A DNA stretch of 64,000 nucleotides, from assembly GCA_963724545.1 (NCBI GenBank), contig CAVRVC010000007.1, positions 99,162 through 163,161 of the forward strand, in the 5' to 3' direction. Below, piece after piece: positions 1-9,651 of the stretch. The notes beneath the pieces were generated by a model. It saw nothing but the letters and a program-made list of their open reading frames with translations, was not told the origin of the DNA and ran no database searches. Source of the DNA: an uncultured beta proteobacterium. GTDB lineage: Bacteria > Pseudomonadota > Gammaproteobacteria > Burkholderiales > Casimicrobiaceae. The translations under genes and the position numbers were made by a program. Positions within the stretch are counted from its first letter, which is position 1; every line of letters begins with the position of its first letter.

Positions 1-946
1 GCGCAGCAGGACCTGATCGTCCGCGTCGCCGTCGCGTATTTCGACATCCTGCTCGCCCAGTTCAACATCGAGCTCGCGGTGAGCCAGAAGAAGGCGGTCG
101 ACGAGCAGCTCGCGCAGGCGAAGCGCAATTTCGAAGTCGGCGTCGCGACGATCACCGATACCAACGAGGCGCAGGCGAAATACGACGCGATCGTGGCGCA
201 GGAGATCACCGTGCGCAACGAGCTACGACAACCGCGTGACGGCGCTCCGCGCGATCATCGGGCGCTACCCCAAGGACCTGAAGAAGCTGGGACCGGGCTT
301 CGTGCCGACGCTTCCCGAGCCCAACGTCGCCGATTACTGGGTCGATCGCGCGCTGAAGGAAAACCTCAACGTCCGCATCGCCGAAGCCAATCTCGAGATC
401 GCGAGGCTCGAGGTCGACCGCGCGCGCGGCGGCCACTACCCGACGCTCGACCTGGTCGGCAGCTACACGGCGCAGGGCGCGAACGCGGCGATCTCCTCCA
501 GTGTCGGCAGCGATCAGCGGACGGGGACCATCGGCCTGCAGCTCAACGTGCCGATCTACCAGGGCGGATTCGTCGATTCGCGGGTGCGCGAGGCCATCGC
601 ACTGCTCGAAAGATCGAGGCAGGATCTCGAAGGCGCGCGCCGTGCCGCGCTGTTCGCGGCGCAGACCGGGTTCGCGGGCGTTCAGAGCGCGACCGCGTCG
701 GTGAAGGCGTTCGAGCAGGCGGTCGTGTCGGCGGAGAGCGCGCTCGCCTCGAACATCCTCGGCCAGGAAGTCGGCGTGCGGACGTTCCTCGACGTGCTGA
801 ACGTGCAGCAGAACGTCTACTCGACGCGAAGAGACCTCGCGGACGCCTATTTCAAGTATCTGATCGGCGTGCTCCGCCTCAAGTCCTCGATCGGCGCGCT
901 GACCGATCAGGACATCGAGGACCTGAACCGCCAGCTCAGGGGCTGA
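1..946 (+). pseudogene. tolC: TolC-family outer-membrane channel, 5'-truncated by the window edge, one frameshift near 225
   Basis: Frame 1 (1-222) reads AQQDLIVRVAVAYFDILLAQ...AQAKYDAIVAQEITVRNEL. The sequence continues in frame 2 (ORF 236..946) as DNRVTALRAIIGRYPKDL...NVYSTRRDLADAYFKYLIGVLRLKSS. One extra base is present (gagct[a]cgacaac). TGA at 944-946. Confidence 0.8.
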
Positions 947-2243
947 CGCCGCCGTCGCGGGCGCGCCGCGCGTCGATCGCCGCGTCGATCCTCGGTGCGA
1001 GCCATGCCGCCAGCCGGTCGGCGGCGCCGTGGTGCGCCGCATGAAACGCGAGCGCGGCGGCGCGCATCCCGGCGCGGCGCGAGGCATCGGCGAAAAGCGC
1101 GGCGACGGATTCCACCAGCGCGTTCGCGTCCGCCACCTCGAGCGCGGCGCCCGCCGCGCGCGCCTTTTGCGCCGCCTCGGCAAAGTTGAACATGTGCGGA
1201 CCAATGAGCGTCGGAAGTCCGGCACTGATCGGCTCGATCAGATTCTGCCCGCCGAGCGGGAGCAGGCTGCCGCCGACGAACGCGATGTCCGCCGCCATGT
1301 AATAGCCGGCCATCTCGCCCATCGAGTCGCCGACCACGACCTCGACGTCGGCGGGCACGGGCATGTTGCCGCTGCGCAGGACGAACGGCACGCCGCGGCG
1401 GCGCAGCAGCTCGGCCACCGCCGCGAATCGCTGCGGATGGCGCGGCACGATCACCGTCAGCGTGCCGGCCGGCAGAGGGTGCGCCGCGATCGCGTCGAGG
1501 ATCAGCGCCTCTTCGCCTTCGCGGGTCGACGCGGCGATCCACACCGGGCGCGATTCGCCGAAGCGCGATCGCAACTCCCTGCCCAGTGCCTCGCCGTCGC
1601 TCGCCGCCGCCGCGTCGAATTTCAGGTTGCCGGTAACGACGACGGCAGGAGCGCCCAGCGCCGTCAGCCGTGCCGCGTCCGCATCGGTCTGCGCTGCCAC
1701 GCCCGACAGCGCGCGCAGCATCGGACGCGTCACGGGTGGGACCGCCGCATAGAGACGGGCCGAGCGTTCCGACATGCGCGCGTTGACGAGGTACATCGGC
1801 ACGCCGGCCTCGCCCGCGAGCGCGATGAGGTTCGGCCACAGCTCCGTTTCCATGACGAGGCCGGCGCAGGGCCTGAAGTGAGCGAGGAATCGGCGCACCG
1901 CGAACGGCGCGTCGTAAGGCAGCCACGCCTGCAGCACGCCGTCGCCGAAGAGCGCGCGACCGGCCGCGCGACCTGTGGCCGTCATGTGCGTCAAGAGCAC
2001 CGTGGCCTCCGGGTGCGCGCGGCGCAGGCGCGAGACGAGCGGGGCGGCCGCCCGCGTTTCGCCGAGCGAGACGGCATGCACCCAGAGGATCGGCGCCGGC
2101 GCCAGGTCACGGTAGCGACCATAGCGTTCGCCGACGTGCTCGCGATAGCCTGGCTCGCGGCGCCCGCGCCACAGCAGGCGCAGCGGCGCCAGCGGCAGCG
2201 CGGCGTACCAGAGCAGCGAGTAGAGCGCGCGCGCCGGGTCCAT
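936..2243 (-). CDS. waaA: 3-deoxy-D-manno-octulosonic acid (Kdo) transferase
   Basis: ORF 936..3038(-) trimmed to the ATG at 2243: MDPARALYSLLWYAALPLAPL...ILWVHAVSLGETRAA...GGSLLPLGGQNLIEP. Length is about 435 aa. The start shares an ATGA with the waaC stop. The 3' end overlaps the convergent tolC by 11 nt. Confidence 0.9.
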   Translation of the reverse strand: MDPARALYSLLWYAALPLAPLRLLWRGRREPGYREHVGERYGRYRDLAPAPILWVHAVSLGETRAAAPLVSRLRRAHPEATVLLTHMTATGRAAGRALFGDGVLQAWLPYDAPFAVRRFLAHFRPCAGLVMETELWPNLIALAGEAGVPMYLVNARMSERSARLYAAVPPVTRPMLRALSGVAAQTDADAARLTALGAPAVVVTGNLKFDAAAASDGEALGRELRSRFGESRPVWIAASTREGEEALILDAIAAHPLPAGTLTVIVPRHPQRFAAVAELLRRRGVPFVLRSGNMPVPADVEVVVGDSMGEMAGYYMAADIAFVGGSLLPLGGQNLIEPISAGLPTLIGPHMFNFAEAAQKARAAGAALEVADANALVESVAALFADASRRAGMRAAALAFHAAHHGAADRLAAWLAPRIDAAIDARRARDGGVSP

Positions 2244-3223
2244 CAGCAGCGCGGGGCGAGCCGCATCAATTGCGCCGCCGCGCCCAGGACGTCGTCGGGA
2301 GTCGGCATGGCGCCGATGCCGCCCAGGTCGCGTGCCCATGGCCCCACCGGGCCGACGCCGCAGCGCAGCGGATCGGTCGCGACGAAGATCGACACCGTCG
2401 GCGTCCCGAGCGCGGCGGCAAGGTGGACGAGCCCGGTGTCGACCCCGACGGCGAGCTCGGCGCGCGCGAGCAGACCCGCGAGCGCCGGCAGGCTCGCCCG
2501 CGGTGGCGGCGGAACGTGTGCGTGAGACACGCCGGCCGCGTAACGTCCGCTGCGCAGTCTTTCCTCGTCGCTCCCCCATGGCAGGAGCACCGGGTAGCCG
2601 TTCGCCCCAAACGATTCCGTGAGTCGCCGCCAGTGCGCGTCGGGCCACAGCTTGTCCGCCCGCGACGTGCCGTGAAAGAATACGACGAACGGACGATCCG
2701 GCACGGTTCCCGCAGGGGGCGGAGTCGGCACCAGGCCGAAACGCGGCGGCCCCTCGACCCGGTAGCCGAGCGCTGCCCCCGCGAGCTCGCGGCAACGAAC
2801 GATGAAGTGCTGGCGGCGGTCGATGGCATGATGCGCATCGTGCAAGAGCGAAGCAACGGGCTCGCGGATGCTCGCGCGGTCCGGGCCATGCCGTTCGCCG
2901 CGCGCCATGCGCGCGATCAGCGCACCTTTGATCTGCTCCTGCAGGTCGAGCACGGCCAGGTACTCTTCGCGGCGCACCGCCCGACGGAACGCCGCGAATT
3001 CGCGCCACGTCGATCGCGCGAAAGGGTGATGCCGCCATTGTCGCAACGCAATGGGAACGATGCGCCGCAGTCCGGGATGAAGCTCGAGCAGCGGAACGAA
3101 TCCGGCCTCTCCCACCCAGTCGATGGCGAGCTCGGGTCGGTGCGCGCGCACGTCCGCGACGAGGGTCAACGCGTGCACGATGTCACCCAGCGACGATGGA
3201 CGGACGACCAGGATCGCGCTCAT
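2243..3223 (-). CDS. waaC: ADP-heptose:LPS heptosyltransferase I
   Basis: ORF 2243..3328(-) trimmed to the ATG at 3223: MSAILVVRPSSLGDIVHAL...RIVPIALRQWRHHPF...IREPVASLL...LLPWGSDEE...VGVDTGLVHLAAALG. About 326 aa. Confidence 0.85.
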   Translation of the reverse strand: MSAILVVRPSSLGDIVHALTLVADVRAHRPELAIDWVGEAGFVPLLELHPGLRRIVPIALRQWRHHPFARSTWREFAAFRRAVRREEYLAVLDLQEQIKGALIARMARGERHGPDRASIREPVASLLHDAHHAIDRRQHFIVRCRELAGAALGYRVEGPPRFGLVPTPPPAGTVPDRPFVVFFHGTSRADKLWPDAHWRRLTESFGANGYPVLLPWGSDEERLRSGRYAAGVSHAHVPPPPRASLPALAGLLARAELAVGVDTGLVHLAAALGTPTVSIFVATDPLRCGVGPVGPWARDLGGIGAMPTPDDVLGAAAQLMRLAPRC

Positions 3224-3357
3224 CGCCGTGCTCTCGGCGCGGCACATCTCCCGTAGAATGCGCACATGTTCGACCTTGGCTGCGATGATACCGTGGAACG
3301 CGCCGCAGGGCGCCGCGGCGGGGAGCACGCGACGAAGGCAATGGCCTCGGGTGTGCC

Positions 3358-4359
3358 ATGGGCGATGCGATGACCACCGACCGGGACGCGCGCGTCCTCG
3401 TCACGGGATGCGCGGGCTTCATCGGCATGCACACGGTGCTCGCGCTGCTGGCGCTCGGCCGGCGCGTGACCGGCGTCGACAACCTCGACCCCTATTACGA
3501 CGTTGCGCTGAAGGAGGCGCGCCTCGCGCGGCTCGCCGCTCACGCGGAATTCCGTTTCGTCCGGATCGATCTCGCGGAACCGCACGCCACGCAGGCGCTC
3601 TTTCGCGACGGCGCCTTCGGTACGGTGGTGCACCTCGCGGCGCAGCCGGGTGTGCGGTATTCGCTCGTCAACCCCGGCGCGTATTTCGCCAACAATCTCA
3701 CCGCATTCGGGCACGTGATCGAGGGCGCCCGGCACGGCGGCGTCGGCCATTTCGTCTATGCGTCGAGCTCCAGCGTGTACGGCGCGAACCACGCGTTGCC
3801 GTTTCACGAGGACCAGAACGTCGACCGTCCGGTCAGCCTCTACGCCGCGACGAAGAAGGCGAACGAGCTGATCGCCCACAGCTACAGTCATCTGTACCGG
3901 CTGCCGACGACGGGACTTCGCTTCTTCACGGTATACGGGCCATGGGGCCGTCCCGACATGGCGCCGATGGTGTTCACGAAGGCCATTCTCGCGGGCTTGC
4001 CGATCCGGGTGTTCAACGACGGGAAGATGCGCCGGGATTTCACCTACGTGGACGACATCGTGGAAGGCGTCGTGCGGGTGATCGACCGCCCGCCTGCGGC
4101 CGCCGATGGAGGCGCACCGTACGCGATCTACAACATCGGCAATCACGAGGCCGTCGCGCTCGAGACGTTCATTGCCACGCTCGAGCGGCTGCTCGGCCGG
4201 GCCGCGATACGGGAATACATGCCGATGCAGCCGGGTGACGTCCCGGCGACTTTCGCCGCGATCGATCGTCTCGCCGCGTTGACCGGGTTCGCGCCGCGCA
4301 CGTCGCTCGCCGACGGGCTCGCGCGCTTCGTCGCGTGGTATCGGGAGTACTACGCGTGA
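3358..4359 (+). CDS. NAD-dependent sugar-nucleotide epimerase (UDP-glucuronate 4-epimerase-like)
   Basis: [13 protein letters not shown] Rossmann motif, [16 protein letters not shown] (YxxxK), [14 protein letters not shown]. The start could also be the ATG at 3370. Confidence 0.8.
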   Translation: MGDAMTTDRDARVLVTGCAGFIGMHTVLALLALGRRVTGVDNLDPYYDVALKEARLARLAAHAEFRFVRIDLAEPHATQALFRDGAFGTVVHLAAQPGVRYSLVNPGAYFANNLTAFGHVIEGARHGGVGHFVYASSSSVYGANHALPFHEDQNVDRPVSLYAATKKANELIAHSYSHLYRLPTTGLRFFTVYGPWGRPDMAPMVFTKAILAGLPIRVFNDGKMRRDFTYVDDIVEGVVRVIDRPPAAADGGAPYAIYNIGNHEAVALETFIATLERLLGRAAIREYMPMQPGDVPATFAAIDRLAALTGFAPRTSLADGLARFVAWYREYYA

Positions 4360-5414
4360 TCCTCGTTACCGGCGGGGCCGGCTTTATCGGCGCCAACTTC
4401 GTGCTCGACTGGCTCGAGAATGCGGGCGAGCCGGTCGTCAATCTCGACAAGCTCACGTACGCGGGCAATCTCGGCAGCCTCGCGACGCTGCGCGGCGATG
4501 CGCGGCACATCTTCGTGCGCGGCGACATCGGCGACCGGGCGCAGTCGGACGCGCTGCTCGCGCAGCACCGGCCGCGCGCGATCGTGAATTTCGCGGCGGA
4601 GAGCCACGTCGACCGGTCGATCCACGGTCCGGAGGCTTTCGTCGAGACGAACGTCGTCGGCACGTTCCATCTGCTCGAGGCGGCGCGCGCTTTCTGGGCG
4701 GCGGCGCCGGACGAGGCGCGCCGGACGTTCCGCTTTCTGCACGTTTCGACCGACGAAGTCTATGGCTCGCTCGGCCCGGACGATCCGCCTTTCACCGAGC
4801 GAAGCCCCTACGCGCCGAACAGTCCGTACTCCGCGTCGAAGGCCTCGGCCGACCATCTGGTGCGCGCCTATCACCACACGTACGGATTGCCGACGCTGAC
4901 GACCAACTGCTCGAACAACTACGGCCCGCGCCAATTTCCGGAAAAGCTCATTCCGCTGATGATCGTCAATGCGGTCGCGGGCAAGCCGCTGCCCGTGTAC
5001 GGCGACGGCCGGAACGTGCGCGACTGGCTCTACGTCGGCGACCATTGCGCGGCGATCCGCGCGGTACTGGCCGGTGCCGTGCCGGGCGCCACGTACAATG
5101 TCGGCGGCAACGCGGAAATGGCCAATCTCGACGTGGTCGGCACGATCTGCAGGGTCCTGAGCGAGCTCGCGCCGGGTCGCGAGTACGCGAAGCTCGTGAC
5201 CTTCGTCAAGGACCGTCCCGGGCACGACCGCCGCTACGCGATCGATGCCGGCGCGATCCGCCGCGACCTTGCGTGGGCGCCCGCGGAATCGTTCGACACC
5301 GGAATGCGGAAGACGGCGCGCTGGTACCTCGACAACGGCGAGTGGCTCGCCGCGGTGACGAGCGGCGAATATCACAAATGGATCTCGCTCAACTACGCCG
5401 CCGGAACCGCATGA
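4356..5414 (+). CDS. rfbB: dTDP-glucose 4,6-dehydratase
   Basis: ORF 4335..5414 trimmed to the GTG at 4356, which shares a GTGA with the upstream stop. [55 protein letters not shown]. Confidence 0.92.
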   Translation: MILVTGGAGFIGANFVLDWLENAGEPVVNLDKLTYAGNLGSLATLRGDARHIFVRGDIGDRAQSDALLAQHRPRAIVNFAAESHVDRSIHGPEAFVETNVVGTFHLLEAARAFWAAAPDEARRTFRFLHVSTDEVYGSLGPDDPPFTERSPYAPNSPYSASKASADHLVRAYHHTYGLPTLTTNCSNNYGPRQFPEKLIPLMIVNAVAGKPLPVYGDGRNVRDWLYVGDHCAAIRAVLAGAVPGATYNVGGNAEMANLDVVGTICRVLSELAPGREYAKLVTFVKDRPGHDRRYAIDAGAIRRDLAWAPAESFDTGMRKTARWYLDNGEWLAAVTSGEYHKWISLNYAAGTA

Positions 5415-5556
5415 GCCCGAACCAGGCGACGAGGGGCCGCGCAGCGACCGCACGCGTGGGGGCAGACGTTCGCGCCGCCGGGCCGTCCCAAGGCGCGAAC
5501 CGCGCCCCCCCGGGGGGCAGCGCAGCGGCGACAGCCGCAAGCGTGGGGGCACAAAC

Positions 5557-6446
5557 ATGACGGCGCGCAAGGGCATCATCCTGGCCGGCGGCTCCGGCAC
5601 GCGGCTCTATCCGGTGACGCATGTCGGTGTCGAAGCAGCTCTTGCCGGTGTACGACAAGCCGATGATCTATTACCCGCTGTCCACGCTGATGCTGGCCGG
5701 CATCCGCGACATCCTGCTCATCTCCACACCGGAGGACACGCCGCGCTTCGCGCAGCTCCTCGGCGACGGCGGGCAATGGGGCCTCGCGCTTTCCTACGCC
5801 GTGCAGCCCGCGCCCGAGGGTCTCGCGCAGGCCTTCATCATCGGTCGCGAGCTTCGTCGGGCGGGATACCTCCGCGCTGGTGCTTGGCGACAACATCTTC
5901 TACGGCCACGATTTCTCGGTGCAGCTCCGGCGGGCGGGCGAGCGCCCGGACGGAGCGACGGTGTTCGCCTATCCGGTCGCCGACCCGGAGCGCTACGGCG
6001 TGGTCGAGTTCGATGCCTCCGGCCGCGTGCTGAGCCTCGAGGAAAAGCCGAAGCAGCCGAAGTCGCGCTACGCGGTCACGGGCCTCTATTTCTACGACAA
6101 CCTCGTGCTCGACATCGCGGCGGACCTGAAGCCTTCCGCGCGGAACGAGCTCGAGATCACCGACGTCAACAGGGCCTACCTCGCGCGCGGCACGCTCGGC
6201 TGCGAGGTGATGGGGCGCGGCATGGCCTGGCTCGACACCGGCACGCACGAATCGCTGCTCGAGGCCGGCCAGTACATCGCGACGATCGAGCGGCGACAGG
6301 GGCTCAAGATCGCCTGCCCCGAGGAGATCGCGTATCGCCTGGGCTACATCGACGCCGCCGGCGTGGAGCGCCTCGGCCGGGCGATGGCGAAGAACAGCTA
6401 CGGGCAGTACCTGCTCGCGCTGCTGCGCGAGCCGAAGATCCGATGA
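5557..6446 (+). pseudogene. rfbA: glucose-1-phosphate thymidylyltransferase with two +1 frameshifts (about 5620 and 5852)
   Basis: The protein is read across three frames. Frame 1: [21 protein letters not shown]. Frame 2: [36 protein letters not shown]...[10 protein letters not shown]. Frame 3: [21 protein letters not shown]...[16 protein letters not shown]. The extra bases are acg[c]atg and gag[c]ttc. Confidence 0.9.
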
Positions 6447-6985
6447 ACGTCGTCGCGACCGCGCTCGCCGACGTCAAGCTCGTCCTGCCGCGCACGTTCG
6501 GCGACGAGCGCGGCTTCTTCCTCGAAAGCTGGAACGCGCGCGACTTCGCGGCCGCAGGCCTTGCCGCGACGTTCGTGCAGGACAATCACTCGGGCTCGCG
6601 GCGCGGCGTGCTGCGCGGCCTCCACTATCAGGTCCGGCATGCGCAGGGCAAGCTCGTGCGCGTCGTCCTCGGCGAGGTCTTCGACGTCGTCGTCGACCTG
6701 CGGCGCAGCTCGCCGACGTTCGGCCGCTCGCTCGGCGTGACGCTGTCGGCGCAGAACCGGAAGATGCTGTGGGTTCCGCCCGGCTTCGCGCACGGGTTTC
6801 TCACGCTGTCCGAGCAGGCGGAGTTCCTCTACAAGACCACCGATTACTGGTATCCGGAGCACGAACGCACGCTCCTGTGGAACGATCCCGCGCTCGGGAT
6901 CGCGTGGCCGCTGTCCGTGCCTCCGATCCTGACGCCGAAGGACGCCGCCGGGATCCCGCTCGCTGCGGCTGACCTCTACGCGTAG
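6443..6985 (+). CDS. rfbC: dTDP-4-dehydrorhamnose 3,5-epimerase
   Basis: [30 protein letters not shown]...RGLHYQ...[18 protein letters not shown]...[14 protein letters not shown] overlap with the rfbA stop. Confidence 0.92.
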   Translation: MNVVATALADVKLVLPRTFGDERGFFLESWNARDFAAAGLAATFVQDNHSGSRRGVLRGLHYQVRHAQGKLVRVVLGEVFDVVVDLRRSSPTFGRSLGVTLSAQNRKMLWVPPGFAHGFLTLSEQAEFLYKTTDYWYPEHERTLLWNDPALGIAWPLSVPPILTPKDAAGIPLAAADLYA

Positions 6986-6994
6986 CGGCCTCGC

Positions 6995-7873
6995 ATGCCG
7001 CAGCCGACGATTCTCGTGACCGGCGCGCAGGGCCAGATCGGCTTCGAGCTCGCGCGTCTCCTTGCTCCCGTCGGTGGCGTCGTCGCCATGGACCGCGCGC
7101 AGCTCGACCTGTCCGATGCCGGCGCGATCATCGCCGCCGTGCGCCGCGTACGGCCCGCGCTCATCGTGAACGCCGGCGCGTACACGGCCGTCGACAAGGC
7201 GGAGTCCGAGCCGGAGCAGGCGCGAGCGGTCAACGCGCGCGCGCCGGGCGTGCTCGCGGAAGAAGCGAAGCGCCTGGCCGCCGTGCTCATCCATTTTTCA
7301 ACCGATTACGTGTTCGACGGTGCGCGCACGTCCCCCTATCCGGAGGATGCGCCCGCGGCGCCGCAGAACGTCTATGGCGCGAGCAAGCTCGACGGCGAGC
7401 GGGCGATCGCGGCCGTCGGCGCGCACGCGCTCGTGCTGCGCACGAGCTGGGTGTACGGGCTGCGCGGCCGGAATTTCCTGCTGACGATCAGGAGGCTCGC
7501 GGCCGAGCGTGACGCGCTGACTGTGGTGTCCGATCAGGTCGGCGTGCCCAACTGGAGCCGAACGCTCGCGGCGGCGACGGCGCGAATCGTCGGCGCGGGA
7601 CTGCCGGCGCTCGTCGAGCGCACGGGGTTGTATCACCTGTCGTGCCGCGGGCAGGCGAGCTGGTTCGACTTCGCGCGCGCAGTCCTCGGCGAGGTTTCGC
7701 ACCCGAAGCTCGTGCCCATCGCGACGGCCGACTATCCGACGCCGGCGCGCCGGCCGACGTATGGGGTTCTCGCCACCGCGCGCTTCGAGCGGACATTCGG
7801 CTTCGCGCTGCCGGATTGGCGGGAGGACCTCGCGGCCTGCCTCGCGAGCGAAGCCGGACCGCCGCCATCGTGA
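6995..7873 (+). CDS. rfbD: dTDP-4-dehydrorhamnose reductase
   Basis: ORF 6995..7873: ILVTGAQGQIGFEL...IVNAGAYTAVDKAE...HFSTDYVFDG...YGASKLDGE. Confidence 0.92.
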   Translation: MPQPTILVTGAQGQIGFELARLLAPVGGVVAMDRAQLDLSDAGAIIAAVRRVRPALIVNAGAYTAVDKAESEPEQARAVNARAPGVLAEEAKRLAAVLIHFSTDYVFDGARTSPYPEDAPAAPQNVYGASKLDGERAIAAVGAHALVLRTSWVYGLRGRNFLLTIRRLAAERDALTVVSDQVGVPNWSRTLAAATARIVGAGLPALVERTGLYHLSCRGQASWFDFARAVLGEVSHPKLVPIATADYPTPARRPTYGVLATARFERTFGFALPDWREDLAACLASEAGPPPS

Positions 7874-7884
7874 TCGCCGGTCGG

Positions 7885-7923
7885 GCGCCGGCATTCACGA
7901 TGAGCGCGGGCCGCACGCGGCGC
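7885..7923. repeat. inverted copy (37/39 nt identical) of rfbD-internal segment 7141-7179
   Basis: The reverse complement of 7885-7923 is gcgccgcgtGcggcccgcgctcatcgtgaaTgccggcgc. Segment 7141-7179 is gcgccgcgtAcggcccgcgctcatcgtgaaCgccggcgc. The ORF track shows the same peptide, PAFTMSAGRTRR, on opposite strands at the two sites. Confidence 0.95.
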
Positions 7924-7925
7924 CG

Positions 7926-8783
7926 TCAGAACGCGAACGAAGCCCCGACGTCCATGCCCACGGACAGCGCGCGGCCCGCGCCGCCGACGACGATCGCGTT
8001 CATGCCGAACGCGACGCCGCCCAGCCGCTCGTTCATCCGGTAGCCGCCCAACGTTTCCAGAGGTTCGGCGCCCACTGCCGCGGAGCGCTGATCGGTGGTG
8101 GTTATCCGGCAGCGCGTGCACGGCTTGACGAGCTTCATCGTCACGCCGCTGGCGACGAGCACGTCGAAGTGGTCCTCGTCGAACGGCTCGAGACCCGAAA
8201 GGACGATGTTCGGACGGAATCGGTTCATCGGCAGGGCCGGCGTTCCACGGGCCGCGAGCCGTCCGTTGAGCTCGGCGAGCGACGCTTCTCCGATCACGAG
8301 CACCGGATAGCCGTCCGCGAACGCCGTGTGCGCGCCCGAGTCACCCGCGAACACCGGATTGCACAGGCGCTCGTGCGAGGGGTCGAAGCGAACGAGCCGG
8401 ACGTCGGCGCCGAGCACGGACGACAGCCAGCGGGCGGCGGCGTCGCCCTCGTCGAACGCGGCAACGCGGCTCTTCCACACTACGACCTCGCGCGTTTCGA
8501 TGCGGTGCGCATCGAGCGACACCGGCAGCGGCGTCTTGCCGGCGGCGGTGAGGACGAGCGCACCGGATTCGACGCTCGTGCCGACGAGCGCGAGCCGCGG
8601 GTACTCGCGTTGCGTGACGAAGGTCCCGTCAGGATCGACCACCATCCACTCCCGATCGCCCGCGTGGCCCGCCGGCGTCGTCACGGCGAGGCCGCGCACA
8701 CCGACGCGCGCCTCGGTGAGGCCCATGCCGGCGCAACTCTTGACGGGGTAGACGTTGAGCGCGGAAATGCGCGGATGCGGCAT
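7926..8783 (-). CDS. MOSC domain-containing protein
   Basis: ORF 7926..9845(-) trimmed to the ATG at 8783: MPHPRISALNVYPVKSCAG...DREWMVVD...RFRPNIVL...LVKPCTRCRITT. About 285 aa. Confidence 0.85.
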   Translation of the reverse strand: MPHPRISALNVYPVKSCAGMGLTEARVGVRGLAVTTPAGHAGDREWMVVDPDGTFVTQREYPRLALVGTSVESGALVLTAAGKTPLPVSLDAHRIETREVVVWKSRVAAFDEGDAAARWLSSVLGADVRLVRFDPSHERLCNPVFAGDSGAHTAFADGYPVLVIGEASLAELNGRLAARGTPALPMNRFRPNIVLSGLEPFDEDHFDVLVASGVTMKLVKPCTRCRITTTDQRSAAVGAEPLETLGGYRMNERLGGVAFGMNAIVVGGAGRALSVGMDVGASFAF

Positions 8784-8848
8784 CGAACGGGGGCTCGTCT
8801 GGCGGCGCGGGTTCGGACCCGATGCGCCGATGCGTGACCGGCGGGGCG

Positions 8849-9490
8849 CTAGCGCAATCCGGACGAGTATTCGGCGACGGCTTTCATCTGCGCATCCGTC
8901 ATCCGTCCGGCGACCGCGCCCATGATCATGCCGTTGCTGTCCTTGCCGTCCTTGTCGGCGCCCCGCTCGCCGGCCTTGAACGCCTTGAGCTGCGCGTAGG
9001 TGTAGTCCGCGTACTGCCCCGCGAGGCGCGGATAGTTTTTCGCGAGGCCCGCTCCGTTCGGCGCATGACAGGCGGCGCAGGCCGGCAGCCCCGTCGCGCT
9101 GTCGCCGCCGCGGAAGAGCTTCTGGCCTGCCGTGACGAGTGCCGGGTCCTTGGCCGTGAGCCCCTTCGGCTTCTGCTGCGAGAAATACACGCCGAGCGCC
9201 TTCATCTCGTCGGGCTGCAGCGTGGCGGCCATCGACTGCATCACCGGATTGACGCGCAGCCCCGACTTGAAGTGCGAAAGTTGCAGGGTGATATACTCGG
9301 CCGGCTGTCCGGCGATGATCGGATTCACGGGCGTCGGGCTGTTGCCGTCGGCGCCGTGGCAGGCGGCGCAAACCTCTTTGGCGATCGTCTTGGCCCGCTC
9401 CAGGTCGGGCTTGCCGGCCGGTGCCTGCGCCGAGGCGGCAGGCGCCACCAGCGTGCCGGCAAGCGCCGCCAGCAGCAAAGTGCGTCTCAT
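8849..9490 (-). CDS. dihaem cytochrome c4
   Basis: Signal peptide MRRTLLLAALAGTLVAPAASAQA. Two CAACH haem-binding motifs, each with a downstream Met-containing segment. About 213 aa. Confidence 0.9.
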   Translation of the reverse strand: MRRTLLLAALAGTLVAPAASAQAPAGKPDLERAKTIAKEVCAACHGADGNSPTPVNPIIAGQPAEYITLQLSHFKSGLRVNPVMQSMAATLQPDEMKALGVYFSQQKPKGLTAKDPALVTAGQKLFRGGDSATGLPACAACHAPNGAGLAKNYPRLAGQYADYTYAQLKAFKAGERGADKDGKDSNGMIMGAVAGRMTDAQMKAVAEYSSGLR

Positions 9491-9651
9491 CGGGTGACTC
9501 CTCGAAGGCAGCGGCGGGCTTCCCGGCGGCGACTCCGATTGTCTCGCCCGCGCAACGCCGAATCCATGGTGCAAAAACAACGCATTGTAACGGAATCGCG
9601 CAGTCCGACCAAAACCGGACCGCGCCCTGCGCTTCGTACGGGAGGCGCGCG

